NCBI GenBank assembly: GCA_963556115.3
Contig: CAUVYI020000026.1
Coordinates: 7,029 to 71,028, forward strand
Length of the DNA stretch: 64,000 nt
Direction of reading: 5' to 3'
DNA from: Planctomycetota bacterium
GTDB lineage: Bacteria; Planctomycetota; SZUA-567
Shown piece after piece: positions 48,251 through 58,894 of this stretch. The notes under the pieces were generated by a model. That model had not been told where the DNA came from, ran no database searches, and saw nothing but the letters and a program-made list of their open reading frames with translations. Each line of letters starts with the position of its first letter. Position 1 is the stretch's first letter. The translations under genes were made by a program, and so were the position numbers.

Positions 48251-48283
48251 AGAAAAGAATATCCTCAGAAAAATAATCTGAGG
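48251..48283 (-). terminator. Candidate terminator after rnr (CCTCAGA / TCTGAGG stem, then a T-rich tail on the minus strand)
   Basis: A 7-bp stem read directly, about 90 nt downstream of the rnr stop. Confidence 0.45.
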
Positions 48284-48371
48284 TATTAAATGGGAATATT
48301 ACTTAATTATATTAATGACAATAGGTTATAAGATTTGCGGTTGTTTTAAGCAAGTGCTTAATATTATTGTG

Positions 48372-50576
48372 CTATTTATATATTTTTATGAGACGCAGTT
48401 CGCAGCTTCTAGTGCTGAAGTCTATTTTGGTCAGTTTGACACGCACCATCTGACCAAGATGAAAACCACGGGTCTCTGTAACTTTATTTTTTTTCTGGTT
48501 GGGGGCTACTTCACGGGTGGTGTAGCCCAGATTCTCAACCATCCGGCGGGGGATAAGGCTCTCAACAAAATAGTCCTTTATTTCGACAAAGATACCGAAT
48601 TTACGGATCCCGGTGACAATAGCATCGAATTCTTTATCTGGGCTCTTGTTGAGAAGCTCAAGCTTGCGGAAATCCTTGACCCCTTCTTCTATCTTCATGG
48701 CTCGGCGTTCCATACTTGAGGTGTGGTTACCCAGCAGCGCCAGTTCTTTTGGATTGAACTCAAAGTGGCGGTGGGACTTCTGCGGTATCTTGTTCGAGTT
48801 GGGGTCGAATACTTGGTCGAGCATCTGGTGCAGATAGAGATCTGGGTAACGTCGTATAGGGGAGGTGAAGTGTAGATAATGCGGGAAGTTCAGGGCAAAG
48901 TGACCTATGCTCGAACTTGAACCGTATACAGCCTGTTGAAAGCTCTTGAGAATTGCCAGGTTGATTGAGTGTTCTTCCGGTTTGCCTTTGACCGCATCGA
49001 TAATCGCCTGCAGCCTTTCGCGGCGTAATGGGGCTTTGAAGGGATAGCCGGAACTGGTGAGAAACTCTGCAAGTTCTTCCTGCGCCTCTTCTTTGGGGGC
49101 TTCGTGGATACGGTGCAGAACCGGCAGGCCGTTTTCGTGGCACCAGCGGGCGACGCAGGTATTGGCTGCGAGCATAAACTCTTCTACCAACTGGTGTGAA
49201 AAATCATGCTCAACCTCTTCCATACCTTCAACCTCATCATTCTCGTTGAAGAGAATGATATATTCCGCCATATTAAGCTCTATACTCCCGTTCTCAAGCC
49301 TTTTCTCACGCAAAGTCTTGGCCAGTGTATTCAATTGCTCCAGTACTTTGAGGATAGGTTTATCGGAAAACTCCTCAGCCGCAACCTGGTCACTGAGCAG
49401 GCGCTTTACCTCAGGGTAGGTCATGCGTCTGGTGCTGCAGATGACACTACGATGCAGTTTGTAACCAAGCATCTTGCCTTCGGGAGTATAGTCGATGAAG
49501 ACAGATTTGGTAAACCTTTCTTCATTCGGTCTGAGCGAGCAGAGATCATTTGACAGTTCTTCTGGAAGCATCGGTATTACGCGCCCAGGAAGGTAGATGC
49601 TGGTCGAGCGCTCCTGAGCTTCTAAGTCAATTATACTGCCAGGGGTTATAAAATGCGAGACATCGGCAATATGTATGCCGACACGATAATTCCCTTCCGT
49701 TGTAATCTCAATAGACAATGCATCGTCAAAGTCGCGGGCAGTCTCAGGATCAATGGTGAGGGTGATGCTAGCGGTTAGATCAAGGCGGTTGTGCTTGTCG
49801 CTGAAGGGATCCGAGTCGCCCATGCGGTAAACCTCGTCCTTGACCTCGTCGCTGAATTCTCCCGGAGCATTGAAGCTTGCCAGTATCGCGGCGATTTCGG
49901 TATCTGGAGCGCCGGCAGGGCCGAGGATTTCGATGACCTTTCCCTTGGGATCGTTGATGTTGTCCGGGAAGACCGTTGTCTGGAGAATTACCTTGGTATC
50001 TGGTTTGAGTGCTTCCGGAACCTCTTCAAGAATATAGGTATACGGATTTCGAATATCTTCGGCCTCGGCTGTAAGATCGCCCCTGATTATTGCCACAAAG
50101 CGGGCAGAGGCTCTCTCTATAACCTTTTGTACGGTTCCGTAGTGTCTGTAACCCTTGCCTTTGGGAGAATCAATAGACACCAGAACCTTGTCACCGTCCA
50201 GAGCATTGAGCAGGTTCTCCTCACCAATAAAGATATCGTCCTTACTGCTGTCATCGGGGATAAGGAAGCCGCAACCACTACGGGTGATGCGCAGCGTACC
50301 ACTGATATGTTCGCCAAATTCGGGGAGTACCCAGCGGTTACCGCGTACTTTCATTGCTTTATGTCGGTGTTTTAGATCTTTAAGAGCCTCTCTGAAGAGC
50401 TTGCTGGTCCCTTTGGGGATACCGAGGTTACGTGCGAGTTCCTTGGTGGAGAGGGGCTGATATTCGCTTGAACTAAGATGGAAGAGTATTGCCTCTTGAT
50501 ATTCAGCGATCAACTGGTCTCGGGTATTCAACTCTGGGTTATGCTCTGTTGACTCGGTATTCAATATATGCTCCAT
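48372..50576 (-). CDS. rnr: Ribonuclease R
   Basis: Cold-shock-like domains, RNB domain (ARDFDDALS) and a C-terminal S1 domain (VTGIRKFGIFVEI). Confidence 0.92.
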   Translation of the reverse strand: MEHILNTESTEHNPELNTRDQLIAEYQEAILFHLSSSEYQPLSTKELARNLGIPKGTSKLFREALKDLKHRHKAMKVRGNRWVLPEFGEHISGTLRITRSGCGFLIPDDSSKDDIFIGEENLLNALDGDKVLVSIDSPKGKGYRHYGTVQKVIERASARFVAIIRGDLTAEAEDIRNPYTYILEEVPEALKPDTKVILQTTVFPDNINDPKGKVIEILGPAGAPDTEIAAILASFNAPGEFSDEVKDEVYRMGDSDPFSDKHNRLDLTASITLTIDPETARDFDDALSIEITTEGNYRVGIHIADVSHFITPGSIIDLEAQERSTSIYLPGRVIPMLPEELSNDLCSLRPNEERFTKSVFIDYTPEGKMLGYKLHRSVICSTRRMTYPEVKRLLSDQVAAEEFSDKPILKVLEQLNTLAKTLREKRLENGSIELNMAEYIILFNENDEVEGMEEVEHDFSHQLVEEFMLAANTCVARWCHENGLPVLHRIHEAPKEEAQEELAEFLTSSGYPFKAPLRRERLQAIIDAVKGKPEEHSINLAILKSFQQAVYGSSSSIGHFALNFPHYLHFTSPIRRYPDLYLHQMLDQVFDPNSNKIPQKSHRHFEFNPKELALLGNHTSSMERRAMKIEEGVKDFRKLELLNKSPDKEFDAIVTGIRKFGIFVEIKDYFVESLIPRRMVENLGYTTREVAPNQKKNKVTETRGFHLGQMVRVKLTKIDFSTRSCELRLIKIYK

Positions 50577-50581
50577 TTCTT

Positions 50582-51715
50582 TTAGAGTATGACAAGGTTG
50601 TCTTTATGGATAAAGGTTTTGAAACTTGTGCGTTCCAGGATCGTGTCAATTTCAAGGCTATTCTTGCCGATTATTTTTCGGGCATCGTCTGAGGAGTAGT
50701 TACTGATGCCCCGGGCAAGTTCGATACCCTCCTGATTGTCAATACTAATGGTATCTCCTTCGGCAAAATCGCTTACGACCTGGGTTATACCTACAGGCAG
50801 GAGGCTCTTTTTACGCTTGATCAGAGCCTCTTCAGCACCACTGTCGATTATTACCCGCCCGTTAGACGGACGGGAAAAGGCTATCCACTGTCGTTTTAGG
50901 CTAGTTTTTTTGTCACGGGGAGCAAAGAAGGTTCCCACTTCCTCACCCCGAAGAATGCGGCTGATTATCCCTTTTATATGCCCGTCGGCAATGACCAGCG
51001 GGATGGAGCCGCTAACGGCTCCAAGTGCGGCGCCGAGTTTGCTAGACATACCGCCGCTGCCGACCCCACTGCTGGAACCGCAGGCTCCCTTGAAGTGGTC
51101 GCGGGTAATCTCGGCGACATGTTTGATAAGATTTGCGCCTTCAACCGAGGGTGGGCGGTCATAAAGTCCCGGTACATCGGATAGAATGATAATTGCGTCG
51201 GCATCGACCAGTTGAGCAATTGATACCGCTAGGGCGTCATTATCACCCATCTTGAGCTGTAGCTGTTGGGTTGCGACAGTGTCATTCTCATTTACTATGG
51301 GAATTGTTCGGAAGTTTATTAATTCTCGGAGTGTATTACGACTGTTGAGAAAACGCTGGCGGTGCTTGAGACCGTCTACGGTAAGCAGAATCTGTGCTGG
51401 ACAGATGTTATACGCGCGGAAGAGGTCTTTGTATAGTTGTATTAGCGTACTCTGTCCTACCGCCGCCGCCGCTTGGAGTTCTGCAAGGGTTGTAGGACGG
51501 CTATCCAGTCCGAGTTCGACACAGCCGGCGGCAACGGCTCCTGAGGAGACCAGGACGATATCCCGTCCCCATTTATGTTCTGAGGCGATACTGTCGACTA
51601 AATTCTGTAGAAAATCGAGTTTGATACCTTTGCCGTTAATATTTGCCAGTAGGCTGGAACCTACCTTGATGACAATTCTCTTGGCAGTTTGAAGAATACT
51701 TCGGTTTGGTTTCAT
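50582..51715 (-). CDS. proB: Glutamate 5-kinase with PUA domain
   Basis: VIKVGSSLL, VSSGAVAAG and NENDTVA, with a C-terminal PUA domain. Confidence 0.92.
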   Translation of the reverse strand: MKPNRSILQTAKRIVIKVGSSLLANINGKGIKLDFLQNLVDSIASEHKWGRDIVLVSSGAVAAGCVELGLDSRPTTLAELQAAAAVGQSTLIQLYKDLFRAYNICPAQILLTVDGLKHRQRFLNSRNTLRELINFRTIPIVNENDTVATQQLQLKMGDNDALAVSIAQLVDADAIIILSDVPGLYDRPPSVEGANLIKHVAEITRDHFKGACGSSSGVGSGGMSSKLGAALGAVSGSIPLVIADGHIKGIISRILRGEEVGTFFAPRDKKTSLKRQWIAFSRPSNGRVIIDSGAEEALIKRKKSLLPVGITQVVSDFAEGDTISIDNQEGIELARGISNYSSDDARKIIGKNSLEIDTILERTSFKTFIHKDNLVIL

Positions 51716-51781
51716 ATAGTGGCTGACCTTGAATTAATAGAAAAAAAGCTGTACTGCTTCTGAGCGGAGCGCATCTGGTGC

Positions 51782-52096
51782 TCAGTGACCTTGGCGTAGT
51801 GAATTCCTGCTGGCTTCACGGTATTCTTTCTTCACTGCAATCTTGGTTATAATCCAGCTCATGGCAATGCCGAGAAGCAAGGTGGAGAACATATTAATTA
51901 TAAAGAGTTCAATACCTGAGCGGGCTGTTAAGAAGAATGTACTCAAAAAGAAATAGAGCGAGAAGAAAAGCTCATATTCTGCGGCTCCTGTACCGTCTGG
52001 ATTGACCTGCCCCAGAAGGAATATCGGGCCGGCAATTGCGATAATATAAGCCCAGATTATAGTTATAATATAAAAAAAAATCTTTTCGTGTGACAT
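51782..52096 (-). CDS. Small membrane protein (3 hydrophobic spans)
   Basis: ORF with TM-like segments. No family recognised. Confidence 0.5.
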   Translation of the reverse strand: MSHEKIFFYIITIIWAYIIAIAGPIFLLGQVNPDGTGAAEYELFFSLYFFLSTFFLTARSGIELFIINMFSTLLLGIAMSWIITKIAVKKEYREASRNSLRQGH

Positions 52097-52177
52097 TACA
52101 ATCCAATCTAGATGAGTTGATATATCCAGATAAGTTATTATATACTTGTACGGGTTTGACGCAAGTTTTTTTGTTAT

Positions 52178-52960
52178 TCAGGATTCTCTTGGTATGAGGC
52201 GTTCTAGAAAATGTTGGTAGTCAGCCTGAGTATCAATCCCTTTGGGTAGGGGTTGAGTAAGAACTTGTACGGCAATTGGAATGGCATTCTCCAAGGCTCG
52301 CAGCTGTTCTAGCCGTTCGCTTTTCTCCAGCGGGGTTTGCTCAAGTTCGACAAAGCGTTTGAGGGTTTCTGGCTTGTAGGCATAAATACCAATATGCCCC
52401 AGAGCTTTGGTCGGTATACCTTCCGGGAGATCACGGGTGTACGGGATAGGAGCCCGCGAGAAGTATAAGGCTCGGTTCTGGCGGTTTAAAACTACTTTTA
52501 CCAGATTGGGATTACAGATACTGGAGCTGTCGGTGAGCGGATAGGCCAGTGTCGCCATCTGGAAGTCGGAGACTGTAGTGATGAAGCGGGCGAATTCTGT
52601 GACTGTTGCGACAGGGATTTCGGGCTCATCCCCCTGGATATTGATGATGCTGTCGGCGGTGATACCGGCGACTTGAACTGCTTCGGCAATGCGATCTGAA
52701 CCGCATTGATGGTTGATATCGGTCATAACCGCGCAAATGCGGTCGGGATATTCCTGGGTTAGAGGAGCTAGGGCAGCAATGATTTCCTGGTCGTCTGCAG
52801 CAATGGTTATTCCCGAAAAGAGTTCGGGAGAGGAGTCGATTATGCTCAAGGCGCGCCTGGCGGTATGGCAGATAAGCGGGGAGCCGCTTGCGCTGAGAAG
52901 TAGCTTGCGAGGGAGTCGGCTTGACTCGAGTCTGGCGGGAATAACGATATGGAATTTCAT
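52178..52960 (-). CDS. kdsB: 3-deoxy-manno-octulosonate cytidylyltransferase
   Basis: IVIPARLESSRLPRK and NIQGDEP motifs. Confidence 0.9.
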   Translation of the reverse strand: MKFHIVIPARLESSRLPRKLLLSASGSPLICHTARRALSIIDSSPELFSGITIAADDQEIIAALAPLTQEYPDRICAVMTDINHQCGSDRIAEAVQVAGITADSIINIQGDEPEIPVATVTEFARFITTVSDFQMATLAYPLTDSSSICNPNLVKVVLNRQNRALYFSRAPIPYTRDLPEGIPTKALGHIGIYAYKPETLKRFVELEQTPLEKSERLEQLRALENAIPIAVQVLTQPLPKGIDTQADYQHFLERLIPRES

Positions 52961-53856
52961 CTTTCTCCTTCATTTGTAGGTTTTGTTGCGTAGCGTTCTA
53001 ACGCGGCTAGGTTATGGGTACGCAGAACCGCACTGGCTAGACCGATGGGGGATTCGGCCTCGGCTCTGAGGATAATTTTAGTGTTCTTTTCTATCCATAT
53101 TCTGGCATCTCCCTCAATTTTGATTAGGTTTTGATTGCTGTCATAGGTAGATGCTTCCGGTTTGATGACCAGAGAGTCAAAGACTCCAAGATCGGGTATG
53201 GTTATTTTCTCTTCGCTTATCAGAGTAAGGGTTATGATGCCCGTTCCGAAACGGTCGCTGATCAGTATGGATTTTTTCATACCAATTTTAGAAAAATCCA
53301 GACCGCGTATCAGCCAGGCTATGGTCAGAGGGTCGGAGAGGAAGCCGGGGATGCTCTGGGCAGGAAGCTTCTCAACGCTGTTATTGCGAATAAGTGAGAT
53401 TATTATCTCTGGAGAGATTTCGCCCAGGGCGTTTTTGTGTTCGTAGTAGTAATCTACCCGGTCATTGGCCTGATAGTTCTGTTCCTTGATCTTGCGGGTA
53501 AAGATTCGGCTATATCCGGTAGTAATCTCGGCATAGCTATGCAGGGTGTTTTTTACCGGATAGAAGGTCGAGACAAAGTCATTGGTCTGGATAGTTGCCT
53601 CAAAGAGGTAGAGCTCGGTTGAACCAATTTTTTTTGGAGTATTCCAAACCTTTGTCTTGATACTGCCTGCGGGAAAACCTGCCCAACTGGCAACATAAGT
53701 AAGCGCTTCTCCGGGAGTAACGAATTTTGAAAGATCAAGAGGTGGGTTATTTCGCAGTGGGGTCGGTCCTTGCAATTCTTTTGCAGGAAGGCTGCTGCTA
53801 CCCAGCAACAGAGAGAGAATTAGGAGTAATACTATTCTGTGGATGACCTTGTACAC
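52957..53856 (-). CDS. Secreted DUF3108-like beta-rich protein
   Basis: Signal peptide. General resemblance to DUF3108 proteins, which are often next to LPS genes. 4-nt overlap with kdsB. Confidence 0.5.
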   Translation of the reverse strand: MYKVIHRIVLLLILSLLLGSSSLPAKELQGPTPLRNNPPLDLSKFVTPGEALTYVASWAGFPAGSIKTKVWNTPKKIGSTELYLFEATIQTNDFVSTFYPVKNTLHSYAEITTGYSRIFTRKIKEQNYQANDRVDYYYEHKNALGEISPEIIISLIRNNSVEKLPAQSIPGFLSDPLTIAWLIRGLDFSKIGMKKSILISDRFGTGIITLTLISEEKITIPDLGVFDSLVIKPEASTYDSNQNLIKIEGDARIWIEKNTKIILRAEAESPIGLASAVLRTHNLAALERYATKPTNEGER

Positions 53857-54135
53857 CGGGATTCCAGCCTTGACTAAGAGGGTGAAAGAACAATAATAAG
53901 TATTCTACTCTATTATTATACAGAGGTGGTAGTGTTGGAAAAGAAAAAAATGTTAGTTATTAACGAGGTGCTTGTAACTTTGGAGCTGATGCTTTATGAT
54001 TTGAAGTGTGTCGTCGGGAGTAAGTTGGTTTCTTTTGCGTTTTTCACCCAGCGTGGAAGCAGGTATAAAACTTGGTTGCTTTTCCGGTTTGGTTTACTGC
54101 CTAATCTTTTTGTTCAGTTCGGGGCATGCTGAGTT

Positions 54136-54855
54136 GTGAAAAGTTGTTTGTTGCCAGATATCAGGAGTGATATGTTTGATATAGATGCAGATAAGTTAAT
54201 GTTGTTGTTGCCAGCCTATTTGGTATTTTTATTCTCTTTTGTGGTGCATGAGTCGGCTCATGCTTGGGCATCATGCCGCTTGGGAGACGGTACTGCGCGA
54301 TGTTATATCTCTTTGAATCCTCTGCCGCATATCAGGAGGACTCCTATAGGTATGGTAGTTATTCCGCTCCTCACCTATTTTACTCTTGGTTGGCCACTGG
54401 GGTTTGCCAGCGTGCCAGTGAATTATCTCTGGGCGCAGCAGAATCCGCGACGGTACGGGCTGGTATCGCTTGCCGGTCCTGTCGCTAATGTATTGCTGGC
54501 AACAGTTTTTACGCTTATTTACGGGATAACTCTGGTTGTGTTCAAGAAGACCGGAGCCGATATTAGCCCTCAAAATATGATCTTTGAGGTCTTTCGTCTG
54601 GCCATACAATTAAATATGGTGTTAGCTATATTTAATATCATACCTGTGCCGCCGCTCGATGGTTCGGCTATAGCTTGCCTCTTTATTCCCAAAGGGTCTT
54701 TGTTGCCCTATCTGAAAGTTATCTGGAATCCGTCAATGGCTCTCCCCGGGATGCTGATTGCTTATTTCGCTTTTATTGGGTTGTTCAATACGGTTGGGGT
54801 GCCACTTTTGCTGTTGATGGATGGAATAATCAATCTGTTTGTTAAGTTTATCTGA
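54136..54855 (+). CDS. Site-2-protease-like (M50 family) membrane metalloprotease
   Basis: HESAHAW within a TM helix and a downstream PPLDGS motif. An alternative start is the ATG at 54172. Confidence 0.7.
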   Translation: MKSCLLPDIRSDMFDIDADKLMLLLPAYLVFLFSFVVHESAHAWASCRLGDGTARCYISLNPLPHIRRTPIGMVVIPLLTYFTLGWPLGFASVPVNYLWAQQNPRRYGLVSLAGPVANVLLATVFTLIYGITLVVFKKTGADISPQNMIFEVFRLAIQLNMVLAIFNIIPVPPLDGSAIACLFIPKGSLLPYLKVIWNPSMALPGMLIAYFAFIGLFNTVGVPLLLLMDGIINLFVKFI

Positions 54856-54881
54856 AATACATCTAATAGGGAGGACTTATC

Positions 54882-55655
54882 ATGGAAGAGTTACGGGCAA
54901 AGAAAGCTTTTATCTGTGATATGGATGGTGTGCTGTACCATGGCAATAGGTTGTTGGATGGGGTAAAAGAGTTTGTACAGTGGCTCGACGCCGAAGAGAA
55001 GAAGTATCTCTTTCTGACCAACTCTAGTGAGCGGTCGCCGCAAGAGCTTTCCAATAAATTGAAACGTCTAGGAGTAAATGTCAAGCCGGAGCATTTTTAT
55101 ACCAGTGCACTCTCGACCGCGTATTTTCTGGCTAGTCAAAAAAAGAAAGGGAGTGTCTATGTTATTGGTGAGGCAGGGTTGATCAATGCTCTCTATGAGG
55201 CTGGATTTACCATGAATAATATCGATCCGGATTATGTAGTGGTCGGGGAGAGCCTAGGGTATAATTTTGATACCATTACTACGGCGGTTAATCTGGTGAA
55301 TAAGGGCGCGAAATTGATAGGTTGCAACCCGGATCTGAACGGCCCGACAGAGAATGGTTTCGCCCCGGCAACAGGTTCGTTGATTGCACCGATCGAACTG
55401 GCAACCGGGAAGAAGGCCTACTTCCTTGGCAAACCTAATCCACTCATGATGCGCCATGCAATCAATGCTCTCAATGTCCAGCGTGAAGATACGGTTATCA
55501 TCGGTGACCGGATGGACACAGATATTATTGCTGGGGTGGAGAGTATGATTGAGACAGTGCTTGTTCTCTCTGGATGTACGACGCGGGAAGATCTTAAGGA
55601 TTTTGCCTATGCTCCTACTTATATCCTATCCGGCGTAGGAGATGTACTCAAGTGA
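54882..55655 (+). CDS. HAD-IIA (NagD-like) sugar phosphatase
   Basis: FICDMDGVLYHG, LTNSS, GKP and GDRMDTDI motifs. Confidence 0.85.
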   Translation: MEELRAKKAFICDMDGVLYHGNRLLDGVKEFVQWLDAEEKKYLFLTNSSERSPQELSNKLKRLGVNVKPEHFYTSALSTAYFLASQKKKGSVYVIGEAGLINALYEAGFTMNNIDPDYVVVGESLGYNFDTITTAVNLVNKGAKLIGCNPDLNGPTENGFAPATGSLIAPIELATGKKAYFLGKPNPLMMRHAINALNVQREDTVIIGDRMDTDIIAGVESMIETVLVLSGCTTREDLKDFAYAPTYILSGVGDVLK

Positions 55656-56485
55656 AGATACGTATTGCTAAGACTGCCGGATTCTGTATGGGGGTGAGTC
55701 GGGCGGTTGAGATCGTACATGAGACAGCTCGCGTGGCTACCAGGCAGGTTTATACTCTTGGTGAGTTGATTCATAACAAACAGGTAGTTGCTGAGCTTGA
55801 GGCACTAGGTGTATGCGTGGCGACTGAGCTTCCGGAATCAGGAGTGGTGGTGATCCGGGCACATGGGGTTAGCCGTGAGACTAAAGCGCAGTTGCAGGCT
55901 AGAGGTGTTGAAGTGGTTGATGCGACTTGCCCACATGTCTTATCGAGCCAGGGGCTTATTGAGAAATACTCCAGGGCGGGGGGGGCGGTTGTCATACTCG
56001 GTGATTCTGAGCATCCCGAGGTGATTGGTCTCTGTGGCTACGCGTGTTCGCAGGTGATAATAGTAGCTTCACTCAGCGATATTCAGGCAGTGAATCTGCC
56101 TGCAGAGTTTTTATTTATTGCGCAAACAACCTTCAGTAAAGAGATCTTCAATAAAATTTCCAAGTATCTTTCTGCCGCCTACCCTAAGTGTGAGATTGTT
56201 GATTCTATCTGTAATGCGACTGCGATTCGTCAGGATGAGACGTGGGAGTTGGCACGGGAGTCTGATCTTCTGATTGTTGTCGGTGGGAGACATTCGGCAA
56301 ATACCCGGCGTCTGGCTGAGATCGGCGAAGCTGCTGGGTGCAGGGTGCGGCATATTGAAACCGCTGCGGAACTCGAGGAAGAGAGCTTTGCCGATATTTG
56401 CATCGGTATAACCGCTGGAGCCAGTACGCCGCAGAGCGCAATTGAAGAGATTCAGGATTTTATCATATCCCGAGTTACATCGTGA
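55652..56485 (+). CDS. ispH: 4-hydroxy-3-methylbut-2-enyl diphosphate reductase
   Basis: GFCMGVSRAV, ATCPHV and SANTRRL motifs. 4-nt overlap with the upstream gene. Confidence 0.92.
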   Translation: MKIRIAKTAGFCMGVSRAVEIVHETARVATRQVYTLGELIHNKQVVAELEALGVCVATELPESGVVVIRAHGVSRETKAQLQARGVEVVDATCPHVLSSQGLIEKYSRAGGAVVILGDSEHPEVIGLCGYACSQVIIVASLSDIQAVNLPAEFLFIAQTTFSKEIFNKISKYLSAAYPKCEIVDSICNATAIRQDETWELARESDLLIVVGGRHSANTRRLAEIGEAAGCRVRHIETAAELEEESFADICIGITAGASTPQSAIEEIQDFIISRVTS

Positions 56486-56535
56486 TTTCCCGTATGCTGC
56501 GGTATTCTTACATGGATTTTTAAGTAATTTGGACT

Positions 56536-58893
56536 CTAATTGCTTTTTGGTTCGCCTTCGTATAGATTAAGGTACTTCTTGCCATTCCAGGCTTTCACCG
56601 AATCCTTGGTAATAAGAATAATACCGTATTCCTGGCGTCCGGGGTGGTTGGCGATGGTTTTGTCGCGTAGCTGTAAACGGATTGGAGTTGGGGTGAGACA
56701 GATGAGGGGGGAATTTCCGGTAATTCGGAGTATCCTATACTCTGCGTCATACCCCGGTTTTTTAAGGGAGGTAAACTCCGTATATTGTTTCTGACTCTGC
56801 CAGTTGGTGAGCAGGATATCCAGACTGTGGTTGCAAATGTTATACCATTTATTGCTGCCGGATTTACTCATGGTGATATTAATCTGCACCTCTGGAACCG
56901 GGGTGAGGTTGATGTCGGTAGCTCCTCGTTTGGCGCTTAGCCAAATGGTCTCTTGTATAGCGAGTTTTTGCTGGAGCTTTGAAGGTACAGCGGTGTCGGC
57001 GCGGCTAAGTATCAGGTAGTCGATGCGGTGTATATGTTCGGAGAATAAATAGTCAATCAGTGCTGCGGGGTAGGCCTTGGCGGGGAGTAGGAGTATGTTG
57101 TATGGGTGCAGGACGGTCTCGCCGGTGGCACTAGGCTTAGAGCTTTGTCCGCGTATAATTACAGCTTCACCGTAACGGTTGCGCAGGAGCGCGATACTAG
57201 GTTGTTCTGGCTTTGACTCACTGCGCCCAGAATAGATAATGTAACTGAGGGTCAGTAGTAGCAGGAAGTATGATACATGGCGAAGGTGTACGGCCGGTTT
57301 TGAGCGGTTAGGAAGTAGAAGAAATATCAGGAGAAAGAGTAGGTAGTAGATAATTATTGGTAAGACCTTTGGTGGAAAAAGATCAAGCGAGGTTATCGGT
57401 AAAGCTGTTAGAGTATTATTGATTTGCAGTATGGACTCTGCGGGCAGGGAACAGAAAGTTTCGTATAAGGGCGTAATAGCTGTTGGTAGCAGTGGACAAA
57501 ACTGTAGGAGCAGTCCGCCGCTGATTGCTAGTGGCATTAGCGGAATGATCAGCAAATTGCTCAAGAGGGAGATTAGCGATACCTCGCTAAAGCATAAGGC
57601 ACTGAGGGGGAAGACTCCGAGCCAAGCGCTGAGGGTGACTATTAGAAGTGAGGCGAGGCTATATGGTAGGGCGCGGAGGGCGTATTGCCAACTCTTGGTG
57701 TGAGGACTATGAGCCGGGAGTAGTGCTTGTATGTAAGGAAGATAGGCTTGACTGAGGATTGAGATAAATAGTACCGAGATGAAGCTTAGCTGAAAACCCA
57801 GATCAAAGAGTTGCAAGGGGTTGAGCAGGAGAATAAGCAGTGCCGCTGCTCCGAGAGAATTCAGGAAATTACTCTTTCTGAAGATTAGAATTCCTCCAAG
57901 GTAGATGAAGGCGATGATGCTGGCGCGGAGTACCGCACTCCTGCCCCCGGAGAGGAAGAGGAATATTATACAGACTAGTATGGTGATCAATGCTCGACGT
58001 CGCGGACTGAGCCGGAGGCGCAGACAGATGAAGTTGGCTATGAGGATTATCAGACCGACGTGTAGTCCGGATATTGCTAGTATGTGACCGATACCGGTAC
58101 TGCGAAATGAGTTTAGCAGCGACTTGGTGAGGTTTTCCCGGAAACCGAATATGGTTGCGGCGAGAAAAGCGGATGTGGAAGCGGTACTGTATTTGAGGGT
58201 GGTTTCAATGGCGTGGGCGCGAAATAGTTCGAGGCTTCGCCGGAGGCTTGGGGTGTCTGGGTGAGTGATAGAGTAGTCTCCGAGAATTTTGAGTGTAGTA
58301 CTGAGCCCCTTGCTCTGTAAAAAATCGGCGTAGGAGAAATCACCGGAAAAGCGCGAGCCTTTAGGCGGTATTTCTAGAATATGGTTAGCGCTTACGGTAT
58401 CTGCGTAGAGTAGCCGGCAGTCGCCTTTACCCCGGAGAATCACTCTGGTGTCAGGCTCAGGGCGGGTGCCGTTGAGGCGGATAATCTGCGCTTGGGTCTG
58501 CCAGAATCCCTGTTCATTACCGGCAAGAAATTCGTCAGGGGCGGCAAGAATTTTAAACTCAGCGGAGTAGATCTTTTGGGTAAGGAGCTTGGGTGGATGG
58601 TTGAGTCGTTCGCTTACTTCCTGCTGTCGTAGGCCTCCAAGCATACTCAGTAACAGCCCTAGCAGGATAAGAATAATGCCAATTCGGTTTTTGCGGGGTG
58701 TGACGGAAAGCGCGATGTCGGAGGGGGACGTAGAACTTGGTTGATTTGTTCTGAAGTAGTGGTTCCAGAGAATAACTATGCTTGTGCTGAGTAGAATGAA
58801 TAGAATAAGTATGTAAAGTGGTAGATAGTGATTTATAAGTATGCCGCAATTGAAGCAGGCGGAGAACCAGAGGAGAGGGGCACGCTTGAGCAT
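56536..58893 (-). CDS. comEC: ComEC/Rec2-family DNA internalisation channel protein
   Basis: 785 aa, multi-TM competence domain with ISGLHVG, and a C-terminal beta-lactamase-like region. Confidence 0.82.
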   Translation of the reverse strand: MLKRAPLLWFSACFNCGILINHYLPLYILILFILLSTSIVILWNHYFRTNQPSSTSPSDIALSVTPRKNRIGIILILLGLLLSMLGGLRQQEVSERLNHPPKLLTQKIYSAEFKILAAPDEFLAGNEQGFWQTQAQIIRLNGTRPEPDTRVILRGKGDCRLLYADTVSANHILEIPPKGSRFSGDFSYADFLQSKGLSTTLKILGDYSITHPDTPSLRRSLELFRAHAIETTLKYSTASTSAFLAATIFGFRENLTKSLLNSFRSTGIGHILAISGLHVGLIILIANFICLRLRLSPRRRALITILVCIIFLFLSGGRSAVLRASIIAFIYLGGILIFRKSNFLNSLGAAALLILLLNPLQLFDLGFQLSFISVLFISILSQAYLPYIQALLPAHSPHTKSWQYALRALPYSLASLLIVTLSAWLGVFPLSALCFSEVSLISLLSNLLIIPLMPLAISGGLLLQFCPLLPTAITPLYETFCSLPAESILQINNTLTALPITSLDLFPPKVLPIIIYYLLFLLIFLLLPNRSKPAVHLRHVSYFLLLLTLSYIIYSGRSESKPEQPSIALLRNRYGEAVIIRGQSSKPSATGETVLHPYNILLLPAKAYPAALIDYLFSEHIHRIDYLILSRADTAVPSKLQQKLAIQETIWLSAKRGATDINLTPVPEVQINITMSKSGSNKWYNICNHSLDILLTNWQSQKQYTEFTSLKKPGYDAEYRILRITGNSPLICLTPTPIRLQLRDKTIANHPGRQEYGIILITKDSVKAWNGKKYLNLYEGEPKSN

Positions 58894-58894
58894 T

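Noticed and set aside
49791-50375. 194-aa ORF on the plus strand. The same applies to 48315-48719, 49057-49419 and 49206-49553.
   Set aside because: All lie antisense within the clearly recognisable RNase R gene and are shadow frames.
53926-54132. 68-aa ORF just upstream of the M50 protease gene.
   Set aside because: It has a GTG start without an SD, a hydrophobic and Cys/Phe-rich sequence, and no homology cue. It could be a real small membrane protein, but this is unsupported.
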